From NCBI GenBank assembly GCA_043228905.1, contig JBHGNT010000005.1, positions 4,154,001-4,218,000 on the forward strand: a stretch of 64,000 bases of DNA, written 5' to 3'. Within the stretch, counting starts at the first letter, position 1; the number at the start of each line of letters is the position of its first letter. The translations under genes were made by a program, and so were the position numbers. Shown one piece after another: positions 51,278 through 64,000 of the stretch. The notes under the pieces were generated by a model. The model was given only the letters and a program-made list of their open reading frames with translations, ran no database searches and was not told the origin of the DNA. Origin of the DNA: Azolla caroliniana (Eukaryota > Plantae > Polypodiophyta).

Positions 51278-53977
51278 AATCATGACACGAAAAAATAACG
51301 TTGAGACTTTACATGGTAAAGCATAGTGTGAAAACATGACGTCTTTACATATAATGGAACAAACATTGAAGTTGTTGACAAATACAAAGAAATTATTGCT
51401 TATATACATATTTATATTCCTCTTCTTAAATTCACATGATCATGATGATATAGTGGATTTTGTATGCCTTGATGACCTTAAGTTTTTTTGACTTTAGCAT
51501 TGGGTTGGATGTTAAGTTTATTATGAAGATTCATCCTAGTTTTTGGGGGATTATACACATAAATTGTTTTCTATAGGAAATATGGTTTTACATGTCACAT
51601 TATACAAGTCAAGGGGTGAAAATGATATCATTGCCTTTAGGAAGTTCTAATGACATCAATAAACAAATAATAATATTTCCCATAGGTTACATATAGAGAT
51701 AGTCAATAATCAGGAAAAGTCTAGCATAGTTCCCCACTTCTCCCCTATTGTGCATAAAGACCCAATTTTTGCAATCAAGTCTTTGATATGCATGGACTTT
51801 CATGTTTTGAAGATTATAAGAATAGGTTAAGTGTAGCTAGCAGCCAATATGCAAAGATAATGACATTAACAATTAGATATTGGCATAGAATCATCCCACG
51901 CATAGTCACAAGGATAAACACAAAATATTCTCATGGCAAACTGACCAAGAGAAATAGGTAGAAATGTCTCCCGCATAGGGGCCACCCTGGAGAGATTGTT
52001 GTAAAAGAAATGTCATGACGTAAATCAAATGGTAATTATTAACTTAAATGAAACATGCTTCTCATACAAGACTACTTTATGTAGTCGCCATTCATCATAT
52101 ATGCACGCTTTCAATGTCACAATTCTTGTGATGAATTAATTGTTTATTAAAATGCATAAAGCTTAAAAAGCTCAAATTTCAAAACAATGAAATAGTTCTC
52201 CATGTATGCATGATTGTGTTGTCTTTTGATATACTTTGAGTACTTTTGTGAGCCTCCAAGTTTTACTACGCTAAAAAAATTTAACTCATTAAATCACGTC
52301 TATATCTCACCACAAGCATTGACTTTGAAGATCTTGTCACATTTCTCTTATGGCCCTCGATTGGTTTCCATACACAGCTTGACTAGGAGTTATAAGCACA
52401 TTGCTATTTTTCATGGATGTAAGATGTGAAAAATATCAAAGGTTTGTTATCTATGCATAGAAATTTGTAAGCTACACAATTAAATGCAAAACATGTACAT
52501 GTATGTATTATATTGTATACATATGAAATGTATAATGCTCTCTTCCTGTGGCAAATAAACATGTGGGATAATTATCATATCTTTTATGTTCGTGGGAAGA
52601 TTCCAAATAAATACATAGATCAAGTAATAGATTGCATCTAGTTTTTACTCTTGTCGCATTGAGGGTGTGTATAATATATATAAATCATGATCAATGAATT
52701 GAATGCTGTGTTCATTTCATGACCCTTCATAAATTTGCGGAAGGATCGACAAATTTCTTCTAAAAAACTATTTAACGCAAAAATTGATTTATGCACAACA
52801 AAGAGTGAAACCCATACAAATCTCCTATAAAATACTTTATCACTCTCTCAACTGAAGTCGCCAAGTTTGGGCTTTATGCACATATTTGTTCCACCATCAA
52901 TAGGTGGATATGTGTGCATTATTCCCATCAATAAGGTAGAGAAGAACCAACGATGATGTGCTTTTAATGACGTACTAAAGATCTAGGGTACTTTCCAAAT
53001 AGTATTGGTTGAGTAGCTCATGTGCATTGTCTTAACCTCCTCCTTATCCCAATATGTTCATAAAATAATCAAAATAGTGATGTATCAACCATGCACAATG
53101 ATCGCCATATGTATGTGACATGTTATGATATTCAAACTATCATTAAATATTGCATCATGAGTCTTCATGACTATGGAAAAGAAATATTCTAAAGAGATGG
53201 ATATACCTTCGATAACAAATGAATAAACGTGTCTCCATAAATAGAATCTTTGCATATTTATCTCACCTTGTTGGTATCATGATTCATCCTTCAACAAAAC
53301 ACCATATCTATAAGCACAATTTAAACTTAAGATATTATAAAAACAATTACACTTTTGATACAATTGAATAAGCATGCCCCACATAAATAAAAATTTGGTA
53401 GATTTATTCGTCGTAGAATGCAAGCTGTGGTAGGAGTCATCGGTTAGCTAAGCATCGTGTATTAGTAGAATTGAAATTTACAATGCAACTTTCTAGAAGA
53501 GCATAATAAACAAAGAACAATACACTTTGAAGTAAGACTGGAACTCAATATGATATTCCCATGGCCAATGCATAATAGAAAGGTTACATCGAGAATTGAG
53601 CTTGATGAGGGATATTAACTTGAATAAGCAAAATCCCAACCACATAACAGACACATATAGAGAAGTTTTGAGTGTGTGTGAGGCGAAGTTAGTATGTGTT
53701 TCGTCATCAAGATACTGGCCCCATTTTGTCCTAAACTTTGTCCATCTTTCCAACAACATGGCTAAGCAAGTCACAAGAAAAAAGTTAGACGGAGAATCGA
53801 CAAAGACCGAATGCATACACATTCATATAACCAAAGGCATTATTAAGGCAAACACGTGGTCGGATGTAATACAGAAATATAGAAGACATGCACGAGATGG
53901 TACATGACCACAAATATGAGAATGATTGTACATTCATAGTAGACAAAGGGTAGAAATGCATATGTGGACGAGGAAAT

Positions 53978-54156
53978 GATATGGACAAGGAGATGAACAC
54001 AAACACAGGCTATGAGAAAAACCCGAATACATATATGGACAAGGAGATGAACACAAACACGGGCTATGAGAAAAACCTGAATACATATATGGACATGGAC
54101 ATGACATAGATAAGGAGCCGGAGAAGGACACAGATTCGGACACGGACACGGACACA
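53978..54156. repeat. 54-bp tandem repeat plus ggacac/ggacat hexamers upstream of SnRK2, probably a DNA-transposon remnant
   Basis: atatggacaaggagatgaacacaaacac.ggctatgagaaaaacc.gaatacat twice, then ggacacggacacggacac. Confidence 0.7.
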
Positions 54157-54507
54157 AGATCTTGACCGCATGGAGAGGTATGGACCCCAAGAGAGACATG
54201 CATACACATCTACTCATATAATTTACTCAAGCATTTGTTTACAATATGGATATACTTATGTGTATGTGCAGACAAATAAGAGATAGTGAGAGGAAGAGGA
54301 AGAGGAAGCAGAAAACTAAAAAAACCCACTTATTGTTTAGAGTAAGAGCAAGAGCAATAAGAAATAATAAAAAACCCAGAAAATAACACCTCTTCAGCCC
54401 AAATCTCTCTGTTTTAGATCATGTCAGATCAGAATTGATCTTCATTTTTCATCCTCTCTTCATTCTTTCTTCTTCATTCTCCATCAATTCTCTTAGTGAT
54501 TCCTTCA

Positions 54508-57500
54508 ATGATGGATCGATATGAGCTTCTGAAAGACATTGGTGTGGGGAACTTTGGAGTAGCTCGATTGATGAGGGACAAGACAACCAAAGAATTGGTT
54601 GCCATCAAATACATTGAGAGAGGAAATAAGGTTTGGACAATGATCCTTTTCTTCTTCATTGAAAAATTAGGCTTTTTCTAAAAGAAATATGTTTTTCAGG
54701 TATTTTTGTAAATTGATCTCTTTTAATTTAAGAGTTAGGTTATTGTCCATGATTCACCCATTTCCTTTAACTTAGTTATTATTTTATTGAAAAGAGTCTT
54801 GTGAATTTATCTCTTTTTATTTAAGAATTAAGTCTTTTGTAAAGTTTTTTTTAGATACCGTCTATGACTAATCTCTTTTTGTTCAAGAATTAGAGTTCTT
54901 TTAAGACTTGTTTTAGCTATTCTGTGGATTATATCACTTTTTCATTTAAGGATTAGTTAAAAAATAGTTTTTAGGTATTGTTTATGATTCATTTCCCTTT
55001 GTTTAAGATTTGGGTTATTTTTTAAATGGTTTTCAGGTATTTTTTATGGATTGATCTAGGGTTTTTGCTCATTTTCATCAAGTATATTGAAAGAGGAGTT
55101 ACGGTTTAGGTTTATTCTGTAATTTCTGTGTTTCAGCTAAAGGATTTGTGGCTTTTGCCATTTTGGGTTTTTAGACAGTTTTAAGACTTTTGCCGTTGGA
55201 TTTACATATATATTGAAAAAGAGAATAAGGTATGCCTATGAAGAACCTGAAGTTTGTTTCATCTGATGGATTAGTTTTATTTGTTGAGATATCAAGCTCA
55301 ACGACACACTCATCAAAGTTGTTTCTTTTCCATGGATTAGTATCAAATATATTGAAAGAGGGAAAATAATGTTTCTAGTCTTTGGGTTTACATCCAAAAT
55401 CTGTTGCTGCTCTTTAATTTTGCATACAAGAAATCTGCGCCATCTAACTAACAGAGTTTTTCAGTTTCTTTTTCACCATTCTATGGCATTCATTTGCATC
55501 ATAATCCGTTACCATTCTTTAGATATGCATCGAGATTATGTTGCTGATCTTTGGATTTTAATTGATATACTTAAAACAGATTGACCAAAATGTACAGAGA
55601 GAGATCATCAACCACAGATCTCTGCGCCATCCCAACATCGTGCGATTCAAGGAGGTACGAATATGTATTTGTATTTCAAAGCAGACCTATAATGGGTATT
55701 AGCATATGTACAAACTTGAAAATCAATATTGGATGCTCTTCTTTACATATCGTGATGTAGGTTTGCTTAACCAACACACATTTAGCCATAGTCATGGAAT
55801 ATGCTGCTGGTGGGGAGCTTTTTGAACGGATTCATAGTGCTGGCCGCTTCAGAGAAGATGAGGTAAGAAGAAACACAAAAGCATGAAACACAAGCATTTT
55901 TCATGTAAGATTAAGTTAACCAGAAGATGGAAGAATATTGACCACTATCATAATTCATGCTTGTTGAGATGATCAAGCTTTAAATGCGAACCAGAACCTA
56001 TTATTAGATCAGGGTTTTTTATCATCTTTTTCCTTACTCCTTTTTTATAGATGAGCTATAACATCACATTTTCTGTATGGATTTTAACATTTTTAGGTTT
56101 CATAGCCCACTGCTATAGAGATGTTAATATTTCTTTCTGACAACTAAGTGCAGATAAACAGTGCATTTCCTTTTTCTGTTTCAATCCAGGCCCGGTTTTA
56201 CTTCCAGCAATTAATCTCAGGAGTAAGCTATTGCCATGCTATGGTAATCATTAATCACTATTACTTGTTTCTCATCTGAATAGTTATATGATACCATAAG
56301 AGGATAGTGGATTATAAACTCCTAGTGCTTTTTATATTTGACAGAAAATCTGCCATCGGGATTTGAAGCTGGAAAACATTTTATTAGATGGAAGCCCTGC
56401 TCTTCGGCTTAAGATTTGTGATTTTGGCTATTCGAAGGTTCTTGTTTTTCTTGTGTCACATTATTGGATTGAGAGGGTTAAGCACCATCATACGTCCAAA
56501 TACCCATGTTACTTTTGTTTTATGGTTCTTGCAGTCTTCTCTTTTTCACTCTGCTCCCAAGTCCACTGTAGGAACACCCGCTTACATTGCCCCAGAGGTT
56601 TTGAAGAAACAAGGACAAGGATATGATGGAAAAGTGAGTTTTCAAATAAATTCATAAGGCTAATGATGAGCATCATTCATTCATTGAGCAAATCTCCGAA
56701 ATATGGTCAAATGGGATCATGTCTCCTTATTCCTGACACTCTCACACAATGACATGTGTGTCGGGTTCGTGGAGTGTATCTGATAGGTCTGCTGCAGGCT
56801 AACACCCTAGTAGATTTTTTTGTGTAACTAATGTTGAACAGGTAAAAATATGGGGGAGTTTGGAAGAGCAAGAAAAGTTTGGCCTTGTACATGTTATTGA
56901 CATCTACAGTTTACCAGTTCTCTCAATTTCCCTCATCATTTTGTTCCTTCTCTATACATTAAGAGGTATGTGGATTTTATAGTTCGAAGGGATGCCTTTG
57001 ATCCCCATTTGGAGGTGAGGATGCGCTTCTTTGAGTTCAAATAGAGGCTTTTGAGCCTTGTTAACCTTTGCCTGTTAGATCATTGCACAATGGGAAAGGT
57101 GTAGCTGTTGATGGCTGTAGTAGAATGGAACAGGCATGTTTATATATCATGGTTTATTTCTTTGGTTGAATTGACCTGCTGAAAGCTTCTAAAGGAATGA
57201 TGCAATCCCTATTTTTCATGTATGTCACAACCAAAAATAGATTTTCTGTAATTGAAGCGACTATGCTGGCAATTCACAAAAATTATCATACCCACAGGAT
57301 ATCTGTTTCCTTCTCTCTACATTAAGAGATGAGTATGTGCTTCTAGTTTAAAGGGTTGCCTTCGATCCTCATTTGGAAGTGAGAATTTGCCTGTTTTAGT
57401 TCAAATAGAGGCTTTTGTTGCTCGCTAGTCTCTGCTTGTTAGATCATTGCATGGAGGGAAAAGTATGCTCATTGATGGCCTCAAGAAGAATAACAGTCAT

Positions 57501-59077
57501 CCTATATTATTACAGGCTATATTTCTTATATTTGTAGCCTGAGCTAATCTTGGATTTTAGAATGGGAATGAAAGTTTAGGTCAGATTAAGTCCCAGAGGG
57601 CTTCATCTGCAAGCATTGTCATAGCAACTACTTTGTCTCTTAATATTGCACCATGTATTTCTATGTACATGAGTTGTATGAAATTGTTTGTTATGTGTGG
57701 CATATAGATGGCAGATGTATGGTCATGTGGTGTCACGTTGTATGTGATGCTAGTGGGCGCATATCCCTTTGAAGATGCAGATGATCCCGGAAACATAAAA
57801 AAAGCAATTGGGGTGAGTACAACAAATAACTTATTTTATGTTTGTGTCATTATCTGTGACAATGCAAGCAGGTGCATATAAGTGAATTCCATGTATGATG
57901 TACATTTCAAAGGTTTTAGAGTATGCCGATGGTAATATAGATGTTTTAGTTGATCTATCATGTGCACATGTAGCTTTTTGGATGGCACAATACTCGTATA
58001 AGAGTAAAGAGTAATGCCAATGCAGGCAGGTGCATACAAAATGAAATCCATGTGTATGTATCTATGATTATGTGTGCCATTTGTGCAATATGCTGCCTTT
58101 CATGCATTCATATGATACTTTTTGTTTGTTATGGTTTATTCTGCAGCGCATCATGAAGGCCCAGTACACCATTCCAAGCTATGTTCAGATATCTCCGGAA
58201 TGCAGTCATTTACTCTCCCTCATTCTGGAGGCTGACCCATCCAAGGTGAGAATGTGGGTGGTGAATATATCATCGTATTGCTATTCTTCCTGTGGTTATG
58301 AGTTAAGATTGAGATATTAGGGTGGTCTACCTTTATTGCCATCCTTATAGGATCTGCATTTTGAGACCATTAGTATTAGCACAACTCACGATATGTTACG
58401 AATAACACTTTGTACTGACCCCACTAGAGCCCAATGCCATACTCGATGAAGATGATGCCACCACCAACGGCATTTTGATGCTTCATCATCATCATCCCTT
58501 GCACAAGGTTGTAAGCTTCACTGCCTATATAGCATAATCATGCACTAATCTGTATTATTTGAAGGTACATGATGGCTGTTGACTTCTGTAATCAAGCATT
58601 GGTTCCATGTTGGTTTGGGAACACAATACCATGAATTTCCATCAAGCATATGTTCCTTGGTGCGTTGTGGAGTATATGATTGACTATGAAGTATTTGTGC
58701 TGCAGAGGATAACAATACCTGAAATACTGTGCCATCAATGGTTCACAAAGAATCTACCAAGGGATCTAGCATTAGGATCCAACCCGATTTATGATAACGA
58801 CAGGGAGGATCAACCAGCACAAAGCTTAGAGGAGGTGATGCGCATACTAAACGAAGCAAGAATGGTGCATCATGCTCCTCACGGCTCACTGCCTCTCATT
58901 GACATCAATGATGATGCGGACGAATGGGAAGAAAAAGACCCAATTCCTGATATAATACATGAGGCTGAGACAGAAGATGAGGCAGACGTGGAGTCTGAAT
59001 TCGAGATGGACGAGGTTGAATATTTTGATGTAGAGGAGTGCTGTGACTTTGACAATCCCTCCACCAACATGAGGTGA
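54508..59077 (+). CDS. SnRK2: SNF1-related protein kinase 2 (SnRK2), 9 exons, ~373 aa
   Basis: Exons 54508-54630, 55580-55654, 55761-55862, 56190-56243, 56345-56437, 56535-56633, 57708-57812, 58147-58245, 58706-59077 (1122 nt). [102 protein letters not shown], SnRK2 box [13 protein letters not shown], acidic tail. Confidence 0.96.
56940..57500. repeat. ~180-bp direct duplication in SnRK2 intron 6
   Basis: ttccttctct.tacattaagag...gccttt/cgatcc.catttgga.gtgag...agttcaaatagaggcttttg...tgttagatcattgca at ~56943 and ~57307. Confidence 0.8.
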
Positions 59078-59451
59078 CTCCTCATTTTTCTGCATGCTAG
59101 TTGATACATTTTTTAAGTTTTTTGAGAGTGTAGACATCATCCTTTAGGAATTAATATGTCTTAGAACAACCCGAAATGTGCTCTCATTCAATAACATAAT
59201 GAATTTCCTATCAAATTTGTAATGTTTTCTCATAATATCTATTATTTCAGTGCATGAAAAGGAAACTCAAACGATCAGTAAAGAACAATTTGCAAAACAC
59301 TGGATTGACCCAGTGGTTTGTTGATGGCCACATGGGTTGTTTGATGGATAGCTATGGTTTGGACATAGACCTGTTTGAACTCCCCATTGACTTCTTAGTA
59401 GACTTTTCAAAGCTAGCCACCATGTCCAAATCATAAGCATGGAGATCATGG

Positions 59452-59670
59452 TCATGGTATGGGACATAGGCATTCTTCATGGCTAATGATCATTGGTCAA
59501 TCTCTGGCCTGGTGACACTGAAAGGTGGTTATGGTATGGGACATAGACATTCGTAATGGCTAATGATCATTGATCAATTTCTGGCCTCATGACACTGAAA
59601 GGTGTTCATGGTATGGAACATAGGCATTATTCATGTTGTCAATCTCTGGCCTCATGACACTAAAGGTGAT
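59452..59670. repeat. Three imperfect ~55-75 bp tandem repeats downstream of SnRK2
   Basis: atggtatgggacataggcatt...tcaatctctggcct..tgacactgaaaggtg repeated. Confidence 0.8.
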
Positions 59671-61057
59671 TTGTATGGCCATTGCAAAGGTAAGCATTTG
59701 ATTCATGAATTTAGCTGTGATTGACATGAGGTAAATAGAAGGAAGAACATACGGAAATCGCAAGGAATCCATAGATATTTTCTTGTAAGTTGTACATTTT
59801 TACCGTCCGTGTGGAATATATATAGGCTTAATCTCTCTCACAACACTAGAGTATGTCCATACTAAGGGTGAACGATAAAAGAAAATGCTCAAAGTTGTTT
59901 TTATTGTATCACCCTCTTTCATACTATCCCTACGTTCTTTATTGATCCTTGATTTCTATTATCTGAACTTCACCCAACATATTTTAATAAACATGTTGAA
60001 ACAAAGAGATTGAAGCTAACTCCTTACTGAACAAGAAACACAAATGGCTAAGCACAATGATTAAAGAAGCAACAAATTTACTTCTTTTGGTCATTTCATT
60101 TCTTGTTGGTTGTTGTGAACCCTTTACACCTGAAGATGACCTTGGGAATAATGACAAGTAAACAATACGAGCTTTATGTATGGTATGCCATGATGAACTC
60201 GGGAAAATTGAAACATCAATAAAAATCTTTAGCTATGGTAAGTCAATTTTCTTGTTATTATGATTATTATTATATTAAATATGATAACAGGGAGTGCAAG
60301 AATTTCAATACATTTTTGTCCTGATAAAAAACTTCATTTATTTGCACTGCATGCAGTGACAATGAAAGTTTTCAAAATCGAGAGTTCAACATCGACATCA
60401 TGAAATATTTTCGATATCTCTTTTTCGTTGTTCGATGGAGTGGCAAGGTAATCTGGAACTTTTCTAAGTTTCGTTGAGAAGCTTGATGAAAAGGCCCTCG
60501 AAGTAACAACCATTTTTTGGTGTGAAGATTATGGTTTAACCATTGGAGCATCCCATATTTTAAATATGTTAGCATGCATAGTCTTAATTTTTGAGAAATT
60601 CAATCTCGTTAACCATCAGATGAAATTTCATTCTTTAACCTCGAAGCTTGAAACTTTGACCATTACCTCAAAGTTGTTAAAATATGTACAAATGTGCCAT
60701 AAACACAATATTTCCAGCAATGTAAAAACTTGGTGAACAGATGGCTGTGGAAAGACTGTTTTATTGTATTCATATGGTTTGGATAATTATCCTAGACTCT
60801 TTCCATTTGCAACGATGTTTAAATTCATAACCCTCATATTAGTGACACAAGGTATGTATTAATCACAGGTCTTTAATCCCTGTATATTTTCTTCGTTATC
60901 TTTGCTCATTTGTCATTGTTCTATCCATCTGACTCTGCTTTGAGCATTGGATCCCAATGTTTGGTCTAGTATCATTGTACCCTATTTTATCATCTATATA
61001 TCCCAGTTGAATATGACTCAAAACTCTCTAATAAAGAGTTCACAGTTAAATTCTATC

Positions 61058-61342
61058 ATGTAAATGGTTATATTAATGTCATCCGATGAAACAAGAATCG
61101 TTCAAAATTACAGAGCCAATGTGACTTTAGTGGTATTTGTTTGTAATGTTTGGCATATATACCATCACAGCTATCAATATCGAATTCTTGAAGAAAATGT
61201 AATAAATGGTTACATCAATGTCATCCACAATGAAACAAGAATAGTCCAAAATTACAGAGCCAATGCGACTTTAGTGGCATTTGTTTGGAATGTTTGGCGT
61301 ATCATCACAGCTACCAATATCGCATTCTTGAAGAAAATGTAA
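61058..61342. repeat. ~140-bp tandem duplication
   Basis: taaatggtta.at.aatgtcatcc..atgaaacaagaat.gt.caaaattacagagccaatg.gactttagtgg...ttcttgaagaaaatgtaata twice. Confidence 0.85.
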
Positions 61343-61625
61343 TACATTAAATTATTAATAGTCACAGAAGCACAAAGGCAAATTGACTAAACTCCACATT
61401 AATACGAATATAATTAATGACAAAAGTTCCAGGATTTTGATCAACTTTCCTCCCTTTTTATAAAAAAGAAACTTGTCAATGCCAAGGGTTTTCTTTAGCG
61501 GGCCTCTTTTACTGAGGAGAAAACATATTAGGAAAGAATGTTTCAGATAAGATTCAAGCTACAATTTCATACTGTGAAACAACTAGCTTACAAAGAGGTA
61601 ATATTGTTGTTAGCATAAAGTACTC

Positions 61626-61818
61626 CATTTTGATTGCGAGACAAAGTCAACATACAATGGTCTACTATCTGGTTATACTTTATTGTTAGATTGTTACAGC
61701 AAACATGTTCCCATATAGTTCGGAGCTAACATTTTGATTGTGAGACAGACACTCTACATACAATGGTCTACCATCTGGTTATACTTTATTGTTATATTGT
61801 TACAGCATACAACTTCCC
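61626..61818. repeat. ~105-bp tandem duplication
   Basis: cattttgattg.gagaca...catacaatggtctac.atctggttatactttattgtta.attgttacagca twice. Confidence 0.8.
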
Positions 61819-62263
61819 ACTACAATAAATATTTACTCCTTTCTATATAGCAATCCTCGTGAATAGAGGGTTGTCTTTAGCAAACCTCTAGGTAGGTTCC
61901 AATAAGGAGAAAACCTGAAACAATGTTTAGCTATACGAAGCCACAAATGAATTTTTTCTCATAATTTATTGCTCAACATCATCAATCATCAACAACTGTG
62001 AAACAACTACCTTACAAAAATGTAAGATTAGGTCAAAATTGGATTTGCTCTAGCACTCATTAAAATGAGCAATTTTGTACACATATTTTCCATTTAATTT
62101 CCCAATTTTGTTCGAGACTGAGAATATATCATTTCTTAAAAATAAAGGCATTTCCAGAACTTCAATTGATACACTTCGGTCTGGAGGTTGTATGACATGT
62201 CACTTTCATCTTGGCAAGACAATTACCACGGGAGAAGATTTCATTTCACCATCATGATACCCA

Positions 62264-63472
62264 TCACTTGGTTGCAGTACCAACTTTCCGTTTGAGTGAT
62301 CTAACCATCAGTGAAAGCTCTTGTTTATCTTTCTTCTGTATAACTTTGACATCTTCGTCATTTGTTCCACCTTTCTGATTGCTTACTTCGTGGACTTGCG
62401 ACAGATGTTTCTGTTGCTTTTGCACAAGATTTCTCAAGTTTGCAGCAGATCTGTGAATCAAATTCATAAAATCAATCATACATAAACGATATCAAATTCA
62501 TGACGTACATGCATAATGTTACAATAATGCTAACTTTTCAAGCACATCAATCAAAAGATTATATACACAAATACAATGTGCCAACAATAACGTTAATCTT
62601 TCGAACTCTACCAATAAAAAATGTACACATACGAACATTCAAGTCTATAATAATACAAACCTTTTGAACTCGGGTTCAGTGGGATCAATTGCATAACGGT
62701 GAGAAGTAAAAAGTGCTGAAAATCGTGGATCATCATAATTAACAGTAGGAAGCTTCTCTGATATATTTTCCTTGTCCTTTCTTTTGTCTTTCAGAGTTTT
62801 CTTTAAATTGTAACCTTTCACTCCATGATTACCACCATGTTCATCCGTAAGAAGCAATTCAAGTTCTGCTCTGCTCTTCTCTTCTACAAGTTTCTTTTCC
62901 TTTAGTTTGGCTTTCTTTTTAGAGATTTTTTCCTTTATAGGTGGAATAGCATGGAACTCTCCGTCAGAAGATGACGCCATGCTATCCTCAAAATCTCCTT
63001 CATCTCCTGACTTAAAGAACGGATCATCGAAATTGGTTTGCTCATGAGAGAAGTATGGATCATCTCCAGCTTCTATATCATCTGCACTTGTCTCATCGTC
63101 AGCATGTTTATCCTGCTTCTGTGCTTTCCTTTTCTCTTTTCTTTTTCTCAAGTAGGCTTCCCACACAGTCTCATTGTCATTCTTGTTTTTGTTCTTTTCC
63201 ATAAGTCGTTTGCTTAAGTCTTCAAGTCCACTATTAAAAGTGATCTCCATATCCTTATTGTTATCCTTGTCACTATCCTTACTATCTGAGTCATCTGCAG
63301 ATATATTGCTTGATCCAAGCAATAGTGCACGATATTTGTCCCTTGCAGAGATTTTCTTGTTTCTGTTTGGTTTACCATCATCAAGACATGGCTCACCATT
63401 ACAGTCATCTTCCTCTGATTCATCACTAGAAGCATCTGATGCAAGATATGCCTTGAAATCCATTTCGTTGAG
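62264..63472 (-). CDS. ESF1: Pre-rRNA-processing protein ESF1-like, last two exons (5' part not identified in this window)
   Basis: Exons 63472-62661 and 62450-62264 with GT-AG and matching phase; DFKAYLASD.SSDE, KYRALL, DMEITF.SGLEDLSKR, ETVWE.YLRKRKEK, SRAELELLL, NUC153 motif DPRFSALFTSHRYAIDPT.P.FKRS, ELS.MVRSLKRK. Confidence 0.9.
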
Positions 63473-64000
63473 CTGCAAAATGTATATCTCACATGTTAAC
63501 TTCTCGGATACAGAGATCGAATAGCTGTGTCAATATACATATATCAAGCAAGCCCGTATGACATATACTATACATTGTTTTGAAATCAATTTGTGTTTTA
63601 ACTTTCAGTCTCCTTAGACTTCTATAAACTGGATCATGTCAGCTTCTAGGTTGCAGAGTATGAGTAAATGCACAAACTTTCAAAAACATTTTTATGATCC
63701 TCAGATTTCAATACACTGCATCATCTCAGCTCCTAGAGGTTGCAGAGTTTGAGTAAATCTGCTTACTTTCAAAATTAGTTTTATGATACATAGATTTCTA
63801 TTGAACAGATCATGTTTCTCATAAAGGCTAGAGCCTTGTTGGTGATTAGCAGAGGAAAAGGGAGCTTAACATTGTGGATTGAGTATCAAACAAACCTTAC
63901 GTCAAATAAGCCAAATTGACTGATTATAATCAGCTGGTGGAATTTCAATTAGCGGTGGTACATTTTTCCACTTTACAAAGAATCTACAAACCCAAATAAC

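Overview
Eukaryotic land-plant nuclear DNA (spliceosomal GT-AG introns, PLS-class PPR remnant, Tcn1/sushi-like chromoviruses; a seed-free plant such as a fern is plausible, but that is inference). Host genes: intronless GT8 galacturonosyltransferase-like (GATL, +), 11-exon eIF3b (-), 4-exon UPF0415/C7orf25-like (+), 9-exon SnRK2 kinase (+) and the last two exons of an ESF1-like pre-rRNA processing gene (-). The most informative part is 7.5-22.3 kb, a nested retroelement stack: a LINE is split by a 12.6-kb Ty3/gypsy chromovirus (A), whose RT region is split by two insertions built from Tcn1/sushi-like elements. B is a non-autonomous gag/protease-chromodomain element. C is a chimera bounded by inverted copies of the B-family U3 end and carrying gag-protease plus an LTR of a sister family D. 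The B and D LTRs both show covarying Tf1-type self-priming signals and both carry an outward-facing tRNA-like (Pol III A/B-box) module near the U3 tip; both elements also share a -1 frameshift cassette at the gag-protease junction. Elsewhere: hAT-type MITEs, a rearranged copia remnant inserted inside a tRNA-like sequence, LINE fragments, microsatellites and many short tandem duplications. Coordinates and alignments were read by eye.
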